Source of the DNA: a virus
Taxonomy: Duplodnaviria > Caudoviricetes
Reading direction: 5' to 3' (one strand)
IMG/VR virus record: IMGVR_UViG_3300035338_000003
Span: 1 to 37,412 of that record
Length of the DNA stretch: 37,412 nucleotides
Shown: in pieces, positions 1 to 9,277 of the stretch
Position numbering within the stretch: the stretch's first letter is position 1
Layout: each line of letters starts with the position of its first letter
Program-made: the position numbers and the translations under genes
The notes under the pieces: generated by a model
Databases searched by the model: none
The model's input: the letters and a program-made list of their open reading frames with translations, nothing else
What the model was told of the DNA's origin: nothing

Positions 1-59
1 TGCGACGTGACGGAGATGGTGGGGGTACACGGCACAGTGCGGGATACCCCTCCCGGCAT

Positions 60-94
60 AGGTTCTTCCGGAGAGGGTGAAAGGCGGGTGACCT
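60..94 (+). other. Putative cos site (cosQ-like AGGTTCT at 60-66, cosN-like GGCGGGTGACCT at 83-94)
   Basis: GGCGGGTGACCT matches lambda cosN GGGCGGCGACCT at 9/12. The upstream AGGTTCTTCCGG resembles lambda cosQ context GGGTCCTTTCCGG. It lies just before a Nu1/gpA-type terminase. Confidence 0.6.
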
Positions 95-153
95 TGAGCC
101 CCGAAAACCCGTTAGGTGTGAACATTTTACGAGCATGCACTAATTCAAAATGA

Positions 154-759
154 ATGAGCACGACCAGCACAACCACCGTCTCCCGCGTAGAGTTGGCGCG
201 CATTTTGGGCGTCAACGAGTCCACGCTTTTCCGCTGGGCGAAGGAGGGCATGCCGGGGTCGAGCAGTCGTGGGCGTGGAGGCAGCAGCTACGCCCCGGCG
301 CTGGTCATTGCATGGTGCAGAGCGACGGGGAAGTTTGGGTCAGCGTCGGCGGATGGCGAGACTCTGGACAAAGACCGCGAAACGGCGCTGCTAACCCGAG
401 AGAAGCGCATACGCGAGGAGATGGAAAACGCTGTCCGGCGCGGAGAGTTGGTCGAGGCTGCCGAGGTGACGCGCTCCTGGACCGACATTGTGGTGGCCGT
501 GCGGTCTCGCTTGCAGGGCGTGCCAACCAAGGCGGCCCGGCTGGTTGTCGGGAAGACGGAACGCGAGGTGCGGGCAACGTTGGCGCACATGATAGACGAG
601 GTGCTGCGTGAGCTTGGCGGCGACGATGCAATCAGTGGTGAGCACCGTGATGCGGGCGTTCACGCCGCCGCCGTCTCTGACGGTAAGCGAGTGGGCGGAC
701 GCAAACCGGATGCTGTCCAGCGAAGCAAACGCCGAACCGGGTCGGTGGCGGACAAATGA
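154..759 (+). CDS. terS: Terminase small subunit (Nu1-like)
   Basis: N-terminal winged HTH (SRVELARILGVNESTLFRWAKEGMP), coiled coil, GELVEAAEV motif, directly before terL. Confidence 0.9.
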   Translation: MSTTSTTTVSRVELARILGVNESTLFRWAKEGMPGSSSRGRGGSSYAPALVIAWCRATGKFGSASADGETLDKDRETALLTREKRIREEMENAVRRGELVEAAEVTRSWTDIVVAVRSRLQGVPTKAARLVVGKTEREVRATLAHMIDEVLRELGGDDAISGEHRDAGVHAAAVSDGKRVGGRKPDAVQRSKRRTGSVADK

Positions 760-2503
760 TGCACCCTACCAGCGCGGCATCATGGACGCCATGTGCGACG
801 AAGCCATTGAGCGCATCATCGTGATGTCCTCTGCGCAAGTGGGCAAGTCGGAGATCATCCTGAACATCATCGGGCGGCACATCGACGTTGACCCGTGCCC
901 GATGCTGTGGGTGCTTCCGACGCTGGACATGGCGCAGGCATTTTCCAAGGACCGTCTTGCCCCGATGGTGCGCGACACCCCCGCGCTCCGGGGAAAGGTT
1001 GGCGACGCGAAGGCGAAGGACAGCGAATCGACCATCCTGCACAAGCGGTTCCCGGGCGGTCACCTGACGCTGTGCGGCGCGAACAGCCCGGCGTCGCTGG
1101 CATCCCGCCCGGTGCGCATCGTGCTCAAAGACGAAGTTGACCGCTACCCGAAGAGCGCCGGGACAGAAGGCGACCCATGCAAGCTGGCCGATAAGCGCGC
1201 CACAACTTTCTGGAATCGCAAGATCGTTGAGACCAGCACCCCGACCGTGAAGGGTGAAAGCCGCATCGAGCACGCATACATGGAATCTGACCAGCGCCGC
1301 TACTTCGTCCCCTGCCCGCACTGCAAGACCATGCAGACGCTCAAGTGGTCTGGCGTGGTGTGGCCAGAGGGACGGTCTGACCTCGCCACGTACACGTGCG
1401 AGGCGTGCGGCGCGGAAATCACCGACGCTGACAAGATGGGCATGCTTGAGCGCGGCGAGTGGCGGGCGACTGCCGAAGGTATTCCCGGAGTCGCGGGTTT
1501 CCACCTGAACGAACTGTATTCGCCGTGGGTGACCTTCGGGCGCATGGCGCAAGAATTCGTCGAGGCCAAGAAGTTGCCGGAGACGCTACAGACGTGGGTC
1601 AACACGGCGCTGGGCGAGACGTGGGAAGTACGTGGTGACGGTGCCGACGAGGGCGCGCTGCTGGCCCGTGTGGAACAGTACGACGCTGAGGTGCCCGCCG
1701 GGGCCGTGGTGCTGACCGCTGCTGTAGACGTGCAGGATGACCGCCTTGAGTGCGAAGTGGTCGGATGGGGAACAGACTGGGAGTCGTGGAGCGTGGCGTA
1801 CCGCGTTTTCTATGGCGACCCTGCCCGCCCGCAGGTCTGGCAGGACATGGACGACTATCTGCTGCGGTCATTCCAGCACGAGAGCGGCGCGCAGATGCGC
1901 ATCGCGGCGACCTGCGTGGATACCGGGGGGCACCACACCCAGCGCGCATATGACTTCTGCCGCCCGCGCTTTACCCGCAGGGTGTACGCCGTTAAGGGCG
2001 CGAGCAACACGGATGCGCCGCTGATAGGCAAGCCGAACACGAAGAACAAGGGCCAATGCCCACTGTTCACCATCGGCGTACATGCCCTGAAAGACCTGTG
2101 CTTCGGACGGCTGCGCATCGAAACGCCTGGGCCTGGTTACTGCCACTTCCCGGCGGATCGCGATGCCACGTATTTCGACCAGTTGACCGCCGAGCACTGC
2201 GTCACCCGGTACGTCAAGGGTTTTGCCCGGCGCGAGTGGGTGAAGAAGCAGGATAGCCGCCGCAACGAGGCGTGGGACTTGCGCGTCTACAACACCGCCG
2301 CAGTCATCATTTTGAACCCGAATTTTGCGCGACTGCGGGCGCGTCTGGTTCACGTTGCCCCAGTGTTGCCTGCGCCCATGGAGCCGACGCCTACGCCTGC
2401 CGAAGTGCAGCCGGACGCCACTGTGGTTCCAGCGCGCACGCCGCGTCCTAACAATCATCATCGGCCCCGCCGTGGCGGCGGCTTTGTCGGAGGTTGGCGC
2501 TGA
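608..2503 (+). CDS. terL: Terminase large subunit (lambda gpA family)
   Basis: TVSEWAD, Walker A SAQVGKS, Walker B VLKDEVDRY, STPT motif, CPHC zinc motif, nuclease VDVQDDR and NEAWDL. Start could also be ATG 626. Confidence 0.97.
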   Translation: MSLAATMQSVVSTVMRAFTPPPSLTVSEWADANRMLSSEANAEPGRWRTNDAPYQRGIMDAMCDEAIERIIVMSSAQVGKSEIILNIIGRHIDVDPCPMLWVLPTLDMAQAFSKDRLAPMVRDTPALRGKVGDAKAKDSESTILHKRFPGGHLTLCGANSPASLASRPVRIVLKDEVDRYPKSAGTEGDPCKLADKRATTFWNRKIVETSTPTVKGESRIEHAYMESDQRRYFVPCPHCKTMQTLKWSGVVWPEGRSDLATYTCEACGAEITDADKMGMLERGEWRATAEGIPGVAGFHLNELYSPWVTFGRMAQEFVEAKKLPETLQTWVNTALGETWEVRGDGADEGALLARVEQYDAEVPAGAVVLTAAVDVQDDRLECEVVGWGTDWESWSVAYRVFYGDPARPQVWQDMDDYLLRSFQHESGAQMRIAATCVDTGGHHTQRAYDFCRPRFTRRVYAVKGASNTDAPLIGKPNTKNKGQCPLFTIGVHALKDLCFGRLRIETPGPGYCHFPADRDATYFDQLTAEHCVTRYVKGFARREWVKKQDSRRNEAWDLRVYNTAAVIILNPNFARLRARLVHVAPVLPAPMEPTPTPAEVQPDATVVPARTPRPNNHHRPRRGGGFVGGWR

Positions 2504-3048
2504 TGACGATCCCCGCAACGCTCGTCGCTGGTGATTCCGCATCGTGGGAGTTGGCGCTGCCGGACTACCCGGCGAGTGACGGCTGGACGCTTTCCTACGC
2601 GCTCGTGAGTGCGACGGCTCGCATCCAGATCACCGGCAGCAGCGACGGCGACACGCACACCGCGTCGGTGTCCGCTGCGACCACTGCGGAGTGGGTTGCT
2701 GGCGACTACAGATGGCAAGCCTACGTGACGCATACCGATGGGCGGCGCGCGACGGTTGGCGAAGGCGTCACCACGGTGCGCCCCAATTTCGCGACGCAAG
2801 CGGACGGCATCGACGCGCGCACCTACGTCAAGAAGGTGCTGGATGCCATAGAGGCGACAATCCTGAACAAGGCGACCAAGGGGCAAAAGTCCATCGAAGT
2901 AAGCGGAATCCGGCTTGAGCAGTACGGCATGGCCGAGTTGCTGAAACTCCGCGACCAGTATCGGGCCGAGTACAAGCGTGAGCAGGCGGCGGAACGGCTG
3001 GCGCGCGGCGACAACATGGGCGGGCGAATCATGGTTAGGTTCAACTGA
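2503..3048 (+). CDS. Head-tail joining protein (gpW-like C-terminus)
   Basis: Between terL and portal. C-terminal LDAIEATI...KSIEVSGIRLEQYGMAELLKLRDQY is gpW-like. TGATG translational coupling. Confidence 0.75.
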   Translation: MTIPATLVAGDSASWELALPDYPASDGWTLSYALVSATARIQITGSSDGDTHTASVSAATTAEWVAGDYRWQAYVTHTDGRRATVGEGVTTVRPNFATQADGIDARTYVKKVLDAIEATILNKATKGQKSIEVSGIRLEQYGMAELLKLRDQYRAEYKREQAAERLARGDNMGGRIMVRFN

Positions 3049-4541
3049 TGGGCATCATGACCGGCCTCATGCGCAAGTGCGGATTTGCCCCGGAAGCAGA
3101 AGTGCGGGGGTTGCGCCAGCAGGTTACGCAAATGGCAAGGCGCAACGCCTTCTCGTCAGAGAAACAGCGCCTCTACCAGTGGGCGAACAGCGGAGCCAGC
3201 GTTGACGCTGAAGTGCGGTCGTCGCTAACCAAGGCCCGCTCCATGTCCCGCGAGATTGCCCGGTGGAACCCGCATGCGCGTAAGTTCCTTGGGCTACTGG
3301 TCGCCAACGTCATCGGCCCCAACGGCATCGGCTTGCAAATGAAGATCGCAGAGCCGAACGGCAAGCCGGATGCGCTGGCAAACACCATCATCGAGCGCTG
3401 GTATCGCGAGTCCGGGCGCAAGGGCCGCTACACGGCCGACGGAAAACTCGACCGGGTGGCCGCGTCTGGCATGGCCCTGCGTTGCGTCGCCACTGCTGGC
3501 GAGGTGCTGATTCGCAAGGTCAAAAACACTGCGTTCTCCGGCGGGTACACCCGCCAGATCATCGAACCCGACTTGCTGGACGAGACCGCAAACTACCAGC
3601 GCGGAAACGGGCGTTTCGCGGGCGAGGTCCGCATGGGCGTGGAGATTGACGAGTGGGGGAAACCGCTTTTCTACCACCTGCGTACCCGGCACCCCGGCGA
3701 CGGCACATATGACTTTCAGGGCAGCAGCGTTGAGCGCGTGCCCGCTGACGAGATCATCCACCTGTTCATCATGGAGCGGCCCGGCCAGACGCGGGGCATC
3801 CCGTGGTTTCTGCCCGTCGCCGAACGTATGAAGATGCTGGCCGGGTATGCCGAGGCCGAGCTTGTGGCCGCGCGCACCGCAGCCGCCAAGATGGGCTTCT
3901 TTCAGACTGACGGTAGCGGCGAGTACAGCGGAGAGACCGACGATGCGGGCGACTTCCAGATGGATGCCGCCCCGGGCTCCTTGGAAGCGTTGCCAACCGG
4001 AATGAAGTTCGTCCCTTGGGATCCGCAGCACCCGACCAGCGCCTACAAGGACTTCACCAAGGCGATGATTCGGGAAATTGCGGCTGGCCTGCTGTGTTCC
4101 TACACCGGCCTCTCTGGTGACCTTGAAGGCGTGAATTTCAGCAGTATCCGGCAGGGCGTTCTCGATGAACGCGACATGTGGATGCTGCTGCAAAACTGGT
4201 GGGTCGAACACTACGAGCGTGAGGATTTCGGCGCGGCCTTGAGCATGGCGCTGTTGACCGGCGAACTCAATCTGCCTGCGTCGAAGTTCCAGAAGTTCAA
4301 CGCGCCTGTGTTCCAGCCTCGCCGCTGGTCGTGGGTTGACCCGCTCAAGGACATTAGCGCCGCCGGGTACGCCGTGGCCCTTGGCACGAAGTCGCGCACC
4401 ATGGTCGCCGCCGAGCAGGGCGTGGACTTCGAGGATGTGCTTGCCGACCTCAAGGCAGAACAGGACGCGGCGACTGCGGCGGGCCTGACCTTGCAAAACC
4501 CGGCACTGCCGAACGTGCCGCAACCCACATCGGAGGCGTAG
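3048..4541 (+). CDS. Portal protein (lambda family)
   Basis: ERPGQTRGIPW, NFSSIRQG and WSWVDPLKD motifs; 497 aa. Confidence 0.96.
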   Translation: MGIMTGLMRKCGFAPEAEVRGLRQQVTQMARRNAFSSEKQRLYQWANSGASVDAEVRSSLTKARSMSREIARWNPHARKFLGLLVANVIGPNGIGLQMKIAEPNGKPDALANTIIERWYRESGRKGRYTADGKLDRVAASGMALRCVATAGEVLIRKVKNTAFSGGYTRQIIEPDLLDETANYQRGNGRFAGEVRMGVEIDEWGKPLFYHLRTRHPGDGTYDFQGSSVERVPADEIIHLFIMERPGQTRGIPWFLPVAERMKMLAGYAEAELVAARTAAAKMGFFQTDGSGEYSGETDDAGDFQMDAAPGSLEALPTGMKFVPWDPQHPTSAYKDFTKAMIREIAAGLLCSYTGLSGDLEGVNFSSIRQGVLDERDMWMLLQNWWVEHYEREDFGAALSMALLTGELNLPASKFQKFNAPVFQPRRWSWVDPLKDISAAGYAVALGTKSRTMVAAEQGVDFEDVLADLKAEQDAATAAGLTLQNPALPNVPQPTSEA

Positions 4542-4543
4542 GC

Positions 4544-6454
4544 ATGCCTGACGAATCGACGATGAAGTTGTCTGCGCAGCGCCGCAGCTTCGAAGTTGAT
4601 CGTGCGGCGATCAACGAAAACGACCGCACTGTAGAACTTTCCTTTTCTTCCGAGTACCCCGTCAAGCGCTGGTGGGGAACGGAGATTCTCGACCACGGTC
4701 GCGGGTCAATGCGAACGGAAAGGCTGAAGACGGGCGCACCCCTACTGCTCAATCATGACAGAGACGAGCAGATCGGTGTGGTTGAGTCCGTCACCATCGG
4801 GGCTGACCGGAAAGGCCGGGCAGTCGTGCGCTTCGGTAAAGGCGCGCAGGCCGATGAAATCTTTCGCGACGTGATTGATGGCATTCGCCGCTTGGTAAGC
4901 GTCGATTACATCATCCACAAGCTGCGTCAGGAAGACAGCACTCCGGAAGACCCGATTTTCCGCGCCATGGATTGGGAACCCCTTGAAATATCCATCGTGT
5001 CTGTCCCCGCTGACCCCACCGTAGGGGTTGGCCGGGCCGAAGAATCCAACGACTACACCGTGCTCATCGAGAGCAGGAGCGAAGACATGACCACCCCCGC
5101 TGCCGAACAGTCCCCGTCGGCCACCGCGCCGACCACCCCCGCCGCCCCCGTGGCGGACCAGCGCGCGCTTGAAGACGTGCGCAACGAAGCCCGCGAGAAG
5201 GAACAGGCCCGCGTGCGCGACATCTTCGCCATCGGCGAACAGCACAACGCCCGCGAACTCGTGGACAAGGCCATCAAGTCCGGGGCCAGTGTGGACGACT
5301 TCCGGCGCGAACTGCTGGAGTCCAAGTACGGCCAGAAGTCCAAGCCGCTGCCGGACAACGCCGCCGCCGTGGGCATCTCCGAACAGGAAGCCCGCCAGTA
5401 CTCGCTGTTCCGCGCCATTCGCGCGCACATCGACAAGGACTGGTCGGATGCCGGTTTCGAGCGCGAGTGCAGCCGTGCCGTGGCCGAAAAGCTGGGCCGC
5501 GCGCCCGAAGGCTTCTTCGTGCCCTACGAAGCCCTCGCCGTCGGCAAGCGCGACTACCTCTCCTACGGCCTGACCAACCATACCGGCGAAAAGGTGGTCG
5601 CGACCGACCTGCTGACCGGCTCGTTCATCGACCTTCTGCGCAACAAGATGCTGGTCCGCCAGATGGGGGCCACCATCCTTTCCGGGCTGGTCGGCAACGT
5701 CGCCATTCCGAAGCAGACCGGCGGTGCCACCGCGTCGTGGGTGGTCGAAGACGGCAACGCCAGCGACAGCCTGCTGACCCTGGCGCAGGTCACCATGTCG
5801 CCCAAGACGGTGACCGGCGTCACGCAGATCACCCGCAAGCTGCTCCAGCAGTCCAGCATGGACGTGGAAATGATGGTGCGCGAAGACCTCGCCGCCGTGC
5901 TGGCCCTCGCCATGGACCTTGCCGCCCTGCACGGCACCGGAAGCAACAACCAGCCCACCGGCATCGCGGCCACCTCCGGCATCGGCTCCGTGGCTGGCGG
6001 CGAAAACGGCCTCGCCCCGGCCTGGTCGCATCTCGTCCAGCTGGAAACCGAAGTCGCCGTGGACAACGCCGACATCGGCACGCTGGGATACCTGACCAAT
6101 ACCAAGGTGCGCGGCAAGCTCAAGCAGACCTTCATCAACACCACGGGCGGCGACACCCCGCTGTGGAAGGATGGGGCCGATGGCATGGGCCTGCTGAACG
6201 GCTACCGCGCTGGCGTGACCAACCAGGTTTCCAGCGCCCTGACCAAGGGCACGTCGTCCGGCGTCTGCTCGGCCATCTTCTTCGGCAACTGGCGCGACCT
6301 GATCATCGGCCTGTGGGGCGGCCTCGACATCATGGCCGACCCGTACAGCGGCTCCTCGTCCGGTCGCCTCAAGCTGGTGGCCTTCCAGGACTGCGACATC
6401 GCGGTTCGCCACGCCGAATCCTTCGCGGCCATGCTCGACGCCCTGACCGCGTAA
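4544..6454 (+). CDS. Prohead protease-major capsid protein fusion (HK97 fold)
   Basis: N-terminal protease (LLLNHD, WEPLEISIVSVPAD), Ala/Pro linker and scaffold, then capsid domain (IPKQTGG, VTMSPKTV, FGNWRDLIIG). Confidence 0.95.
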   Translation: MPDESTMKLSAQRRSFEVDRAAINENDRTVELSFSSEYPVKRWWGTEILDHGRGSMRTERLKTGAPLLLNHDRDEQIGVVESVTIGADRKGRAVVRFGKGAQADEIFRDVIDGIRRLVSVDYIIHKLRQEDSTPEDPIFRAMDWEPLEISIVSVPADPTVGVGRAEESNDYTVLIESRSEDMTTPAAEQSPSATAPTTPAAPVADQRALEDVRNEAREKEQARVRDIFAIGEQHNARELVDKAIKSGASVDDFRRELLESKYGQKSKPLPDNAAAVGISEQEARQYSLFRAIRAHIDKDWSDAGFERECSRAVAEKLGRAPEGFFVPYEALAVGKRDYLSYGLTNHTGEKVVATDLLTGSFIDLLRNKMLVRQMGATILSGLVGNVAIPKQTGGATASWVVEDGNASDSLLTLAQVTMSPKTVTGVTQITRKLLQQSSMDVEMMVREDLAAVLALAMDLAALHGTGSNNQPTGIAATSGIGSVAGGENGLAPAWSHLVQLETEVAVDNADIGTLGYLTNTKVRGKLKQTFINTTGGDTPLWKDGADGMGLLNGYRAGVTNQVSSALTKGTSSGVCSAIFFGNWRDLIIGLWGGLDIMADPYSGSSSGRLKLVAFQDCDIAVRHAESFAAMLDALTA

Positions 6455-6465
6455 CACCTCCCGCC

Positions 6466-6493
6466 GGGCCGGGGTGGGCGACTGCCCCGGCCC
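6466..6493 (+). promoter_or_regulatory. GC-rich GNRA hairpin after the capsid gene (mRNA-stabilising or attenuating)
   Basis: GGGCCGGGGTGG-GCGA-CTGCCCCGGCCC, 12-bp stem, no U tract. Confidence 0.55.
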
Positions 6494-6507
6494 ATGAGGA
6501 CACAGCC

Positions 6508-6747
6508 ATGATCGTGACCATCACGCGCAATACCGTCGCAGCTCGGAACCCCGTGTTCGTGGGCGACGTGCTGGAACTGGACGACGCTGAGGCCCGCATG
6601 CTCATCCGCATGGGCAAGGCCGTGGAAGCCGTCGAGGACGCGCCGGAAGGGGCCGTGACCGCCGAAGCGGAGCAGGCCCCGGCTGACGCGCCCGCCCCCG
6701 TCTCCGCACCGAAGCCCGCTTTCAGCAAGCGGCGCAAGGGGAAGTAG
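6508..6747 (+). CDS. Small head-associated protein
   Basis: GAGGA RBS; MIVTITRNTV...GDVLELDDAEARMLIRMGKA; typical small gene after the capsid gene. Confidence 0.75.
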   Translation: MIVTITRNTVAARNPVFVGDVLELDDAEARMLIRMGKAVEAVEDAPEGAVTAEAEQAPADAPAPVSAPKPAFSKRRKGK

Positions 6748-6748
6748 C

Positions 6749-7081
6749 ATGTCCCGCATGATCACCACGTCCGTTTGGGCGGCGCAGGCCATGACCGCCG
6801 GGCAGGTGCTTACCTCGCCGTGGTTCGACCTGCTGGACAAGGGATGCAACGGCTACCTGTCGTACCAGTTCGACATCACCGGATCGGTGAAAATCACTGT
6901 CGAGCGCGGCATCATCCAGGACACCACCGACCCCGTGACCATCGTGGAAACGACGCACGCCACGGCCAAGGGCATCAAGGACGTGGACATGGTTCCCGCC
7001 CGCTTCGTGCGTTTCAAGGCCACGGAGACGACCAGCAGCACCACAGCGACCATCACCAAGATGACCGCGCTTTTCATGTAG
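6749..7081 (+). CDS. Hypothetical virion protein (beta-rich)
   Basis: Tightly packed in the structural operon with phage-like codon use. Confidence 0.7.
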   Translation: MSRMITTSVWAAQAMTAGQVLTSPWFDLLDKGCNGYLSYQFDITGSVKITVERGIIQDTTDPVTIVETTHATAKGIKDVDMVPARFVRFKATETTSSTTATITKMTALFM

Positions 7082-7090
7082 GGAGAACAC

Positions 7091-7378
7091 GTGGCCGAAA
7101 TCCAAGTCATCGCGTCAGGGCCTGACAGGGGCCGCGCCATCGCCGTGCGCCCCGATGGGTTCCAGTGGGGCCGCTTCGAGCATCTGAACAACACCGACGG
7201 CAACGGGGCGCAGTTTCTCGTGGTCCGCTGCGACCCCGTGCTGTTCCCTGCGGAACAACTGCTTGGATGGTCGCTCGATATCGACTCCTGCGTGGACGTT
7301 GCGGCCCTGTCTGCACTTGACGGCTGGGAAGTCCCCGTCGTCCCCCTGTCGGCGTTTAGCGCCCCTATGGAGGAATAG
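7091..7378 (+). CDS. Hypothetical protein
   Basis: GGGAGA RBS and GTG start; fills the operon without gaps. Confidence 0.65.
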   Translation: MAEIQVIASGPDRGRAIAVRPDGFQWGRFEHLNNTDGNGAQFLVVRCDPVLFPAEQLLGWSLDIDSCVDVAALSALDGWEVPVVPLSAFSAPMEE

Positions 7379-7381
7379 CGC

Positions 7382-8347
7382 ATGGCAACCGTGACGCGCA
7401 CCATCAAGCCCGCTGGCGGCGGAGACTATACGACGCTGGCGGCTGCATATGCGGCCCGAAAGCGCAACCTGGTCACCGCGCAAGAGATTGAAGTGTGGGA
7501 GTGTTACGCAGGCGATGTGGGCGCGTTGCCGTCGTCGCTGACCGGGTTCACCACGTCGTCTTCCTACTATCTCAAGATAACGGCTGCGGCAGAAGCGCGC
7601 CATGCCGGAGTGTGGGACGTAGCCAAGGCTCACTCCATCGGAGCTGGCGGTGCAATGGCGACGGACGGCACGGCGCGACACATCAAGCTGTGCTGCATGC
7701 TTATACGGTTCACGTCTGGCTCTGACGCAATGATCCCATATTCGTCTAATAACCCAGCAGACTTCACTGTTGATGAATGCGTTTTTGACTTCACCGGGAC
7801 AACGCGGCACGGTATTTACGGGCCTGCAAATGTCCATAACGTGATTTCATACAACTACGCTGGTTCTGGTTATTGCTACAATATGAGCGCCCCATTCACT
7901 GGGTGTGAGCTTTTTAACATTACCGCTATTGGTACTGGTAACGGATTTCGTGCAGCGTCTTCGACAACGCTTGCTAAGAACTGTGTGGCACATGGATTTA
8001 CCGATGGATTCGTTGGGACTTTTGCTGCTGGTTCCGATTACAATATTTCGAGCGTCGCATCTGATGCCCCGGGTGGAAACAGCAAACAGGGGACTGTGCA
8101 GTTCCTTGACGCGACGAACAAGAACTACCACCTTTCCGCAGCGGATTCTGCCGCACGAGGTGCAGGCACCAACCTTACAGCTTCCGGGATCACGACGGAC
8201 ATCGACGGTACAACGCGCCCTGCCGCAGGGGCATGGGATGCCGGAGCTGACCATTACGTAGCGGCCGCGACAAGCAAGGATCCATGGGGAAAGAAGCCGT
8301 GGGGCCGCTATTCATGGAACCGCGCCCGCTGGAAAGCGGCGGCATAG
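7382..8347 (+). CDS. Putative beta-helix virion appendage or adhesin
   Basis: GGGDYTTLAAA N-terminal motif, Asn/Gly/Thr-rich core, C-terminal DIDGTTRP..WDAGAD motif typical of right-handed beta-helix proteins. Confidence 0.6.
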   Translation: MATVTRTIKPAGGGDYTTLAAAYAARKRNLVTAQEIEVWECYAGDVGALPSSLTGFTTSSSYYLKITAAAEARHAGVWDVAKAHSIGAGGAMATDGTARHIKLCCMLIRFTSGSDAMIPYSSNNPADFTVDECVFDFTGTTRHGIYGPANVHNVISYNYAGSGYCYNMSAPFTGCELFNITAIGTGNGFRAASSTTLAKNCVAHGFTDGFVGTFAAGSDYNISSVASDAPGGNSKQGTVQFLDATNKNYHLSAADSAARGAGTNLTASGITTDIDGTTRPAAGAWDAGADHYVAAATSKDPWGKKPWGRYSWNRARWKAAA

Positions 8348-8356
8348 GGGCACGAC

Positions 8357-8674
8357 ATGGGCATCCTCGACGACGTGGCGGAACAGATCGCCGATGTGTT
8401 TGCCGCCGACATGCTGGGACGTGCCGCGACCTACAACGGGGCGAGCATCCACCTTGTGCTGACGGGTAAGAGCCACCAGCAGCAGGGCGACCCGGCGCTG
8501 CGCCTGTTCGACGCAACTGCGTTGGTGCTCGCCGCTGACGTGGCCCGCCCGAAGCGGGGAGATACCGTCATCGTGAGCGGCGTCACCTACCGGGTGGAGA
8601 GCATCACGGACGGTGATGCGGCAGGCGCTACGTGGACGCTGGGCCTTATCGCCAGCCTGGGGGTGACGCTGTGA
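8357..8674 (+). CDS. Head-tail joining protein (gpFII-like)
   Basis: PKRGDTVIVSGVTYRV motif, 105 aa, position in the neck module. Confidence 0.75.
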   Translation: MGILDDVAEQIADVFAADMLGRAATYNGASIHLVLTGKSHQQQGDPALRLFDATALVLAADVARPKRGDTVIVSGVTYRVESITDGDAAGATWTLGLIASLGVTL

Positions 8675-9276
8675 GCGCGCAGCCGACAATCCATGTCAAC
8701 CCGCTGACCGTTGCAGCGACGCAGGCGTTTCTTGGCGCGACGATGCGGGAGAGCAAGAAGCTGATCAGGCTTGCCATCAACGACACCGTGGATGTGACGA
8801 AGACCGACGTTGCCCAGCGGTCCAGCTACATCAACATGAAGGCATCAGACCGCAAGAAGTGCATCAAGGCCGTCAAGGCCAACTACTCGCGTTTGTCTGG
8901 CCGGGTGACGCTGACGGGCCGCCCGAACAAGCTGATCAAGTTCAGCACGGAGCGCGGCAGAATTTCGCAGAACAAGCAGGGCGTGCGCGTGCGTGTGCTG
9001 CTGGACAATCCGAGCGAAGTCATCCCCACCGCAATGATCGCCACCATGCCCAGCGGACACAAGGGCGTGTTCTGGCGCAAGAAGCCCGGACCAGCGCCCA
9101 GCGGCCTCGTCCAGCGCTTGCCCATTGGCGAGATTTACGGCCCCTCATTCCCGGCGGTGTATGACAAGCGGACCATGCCGAAGACGCAGGAGTACGCAAG
9201 CGCCTACCTCCCGCAGCGGCTGAACCACTACATCGTCCTGTTTTTCCAAAAGCAAGGCCCGTTCAAGGTGAAGTAG
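8671..9276 (+). CDS. Tail completion protein (lambda gpZ-like)
   Basis: Basic protein with SGHKGVFWR and RLPIGEIYGPS motifs; GTG start overlaps the previous stop. Confidence 0.75.
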   Translation: MSAQPTIHVNPLTVAATQAFLGATMRESKKLIRLAINDTVDVTKTDVAQRSSYINMKASDRKKCIKAVKANYSRLSGRVTLTGRPNKLIKFSTERGRISQNKQGVRVRVLLDNPSEVIPTAMIATMPSGHKGVFWRKKPGPAPSGLVQRLPIGEIYGPSFPAVYDKRTMPKTQEYASAYLPQRLNHYIVLFFQKQGPFKVK

Positions 9277-9277
9277 C

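Noticed and set aside
4742-6457. 571-aa antisense ORF and the 426-aa alternative frame (5467-6747) over the capsid gene
   Set aside because: Shadow ORFs of a GC3-biased gene with no RBS or motifs; only 6508-6747 of the second is a plausible gene
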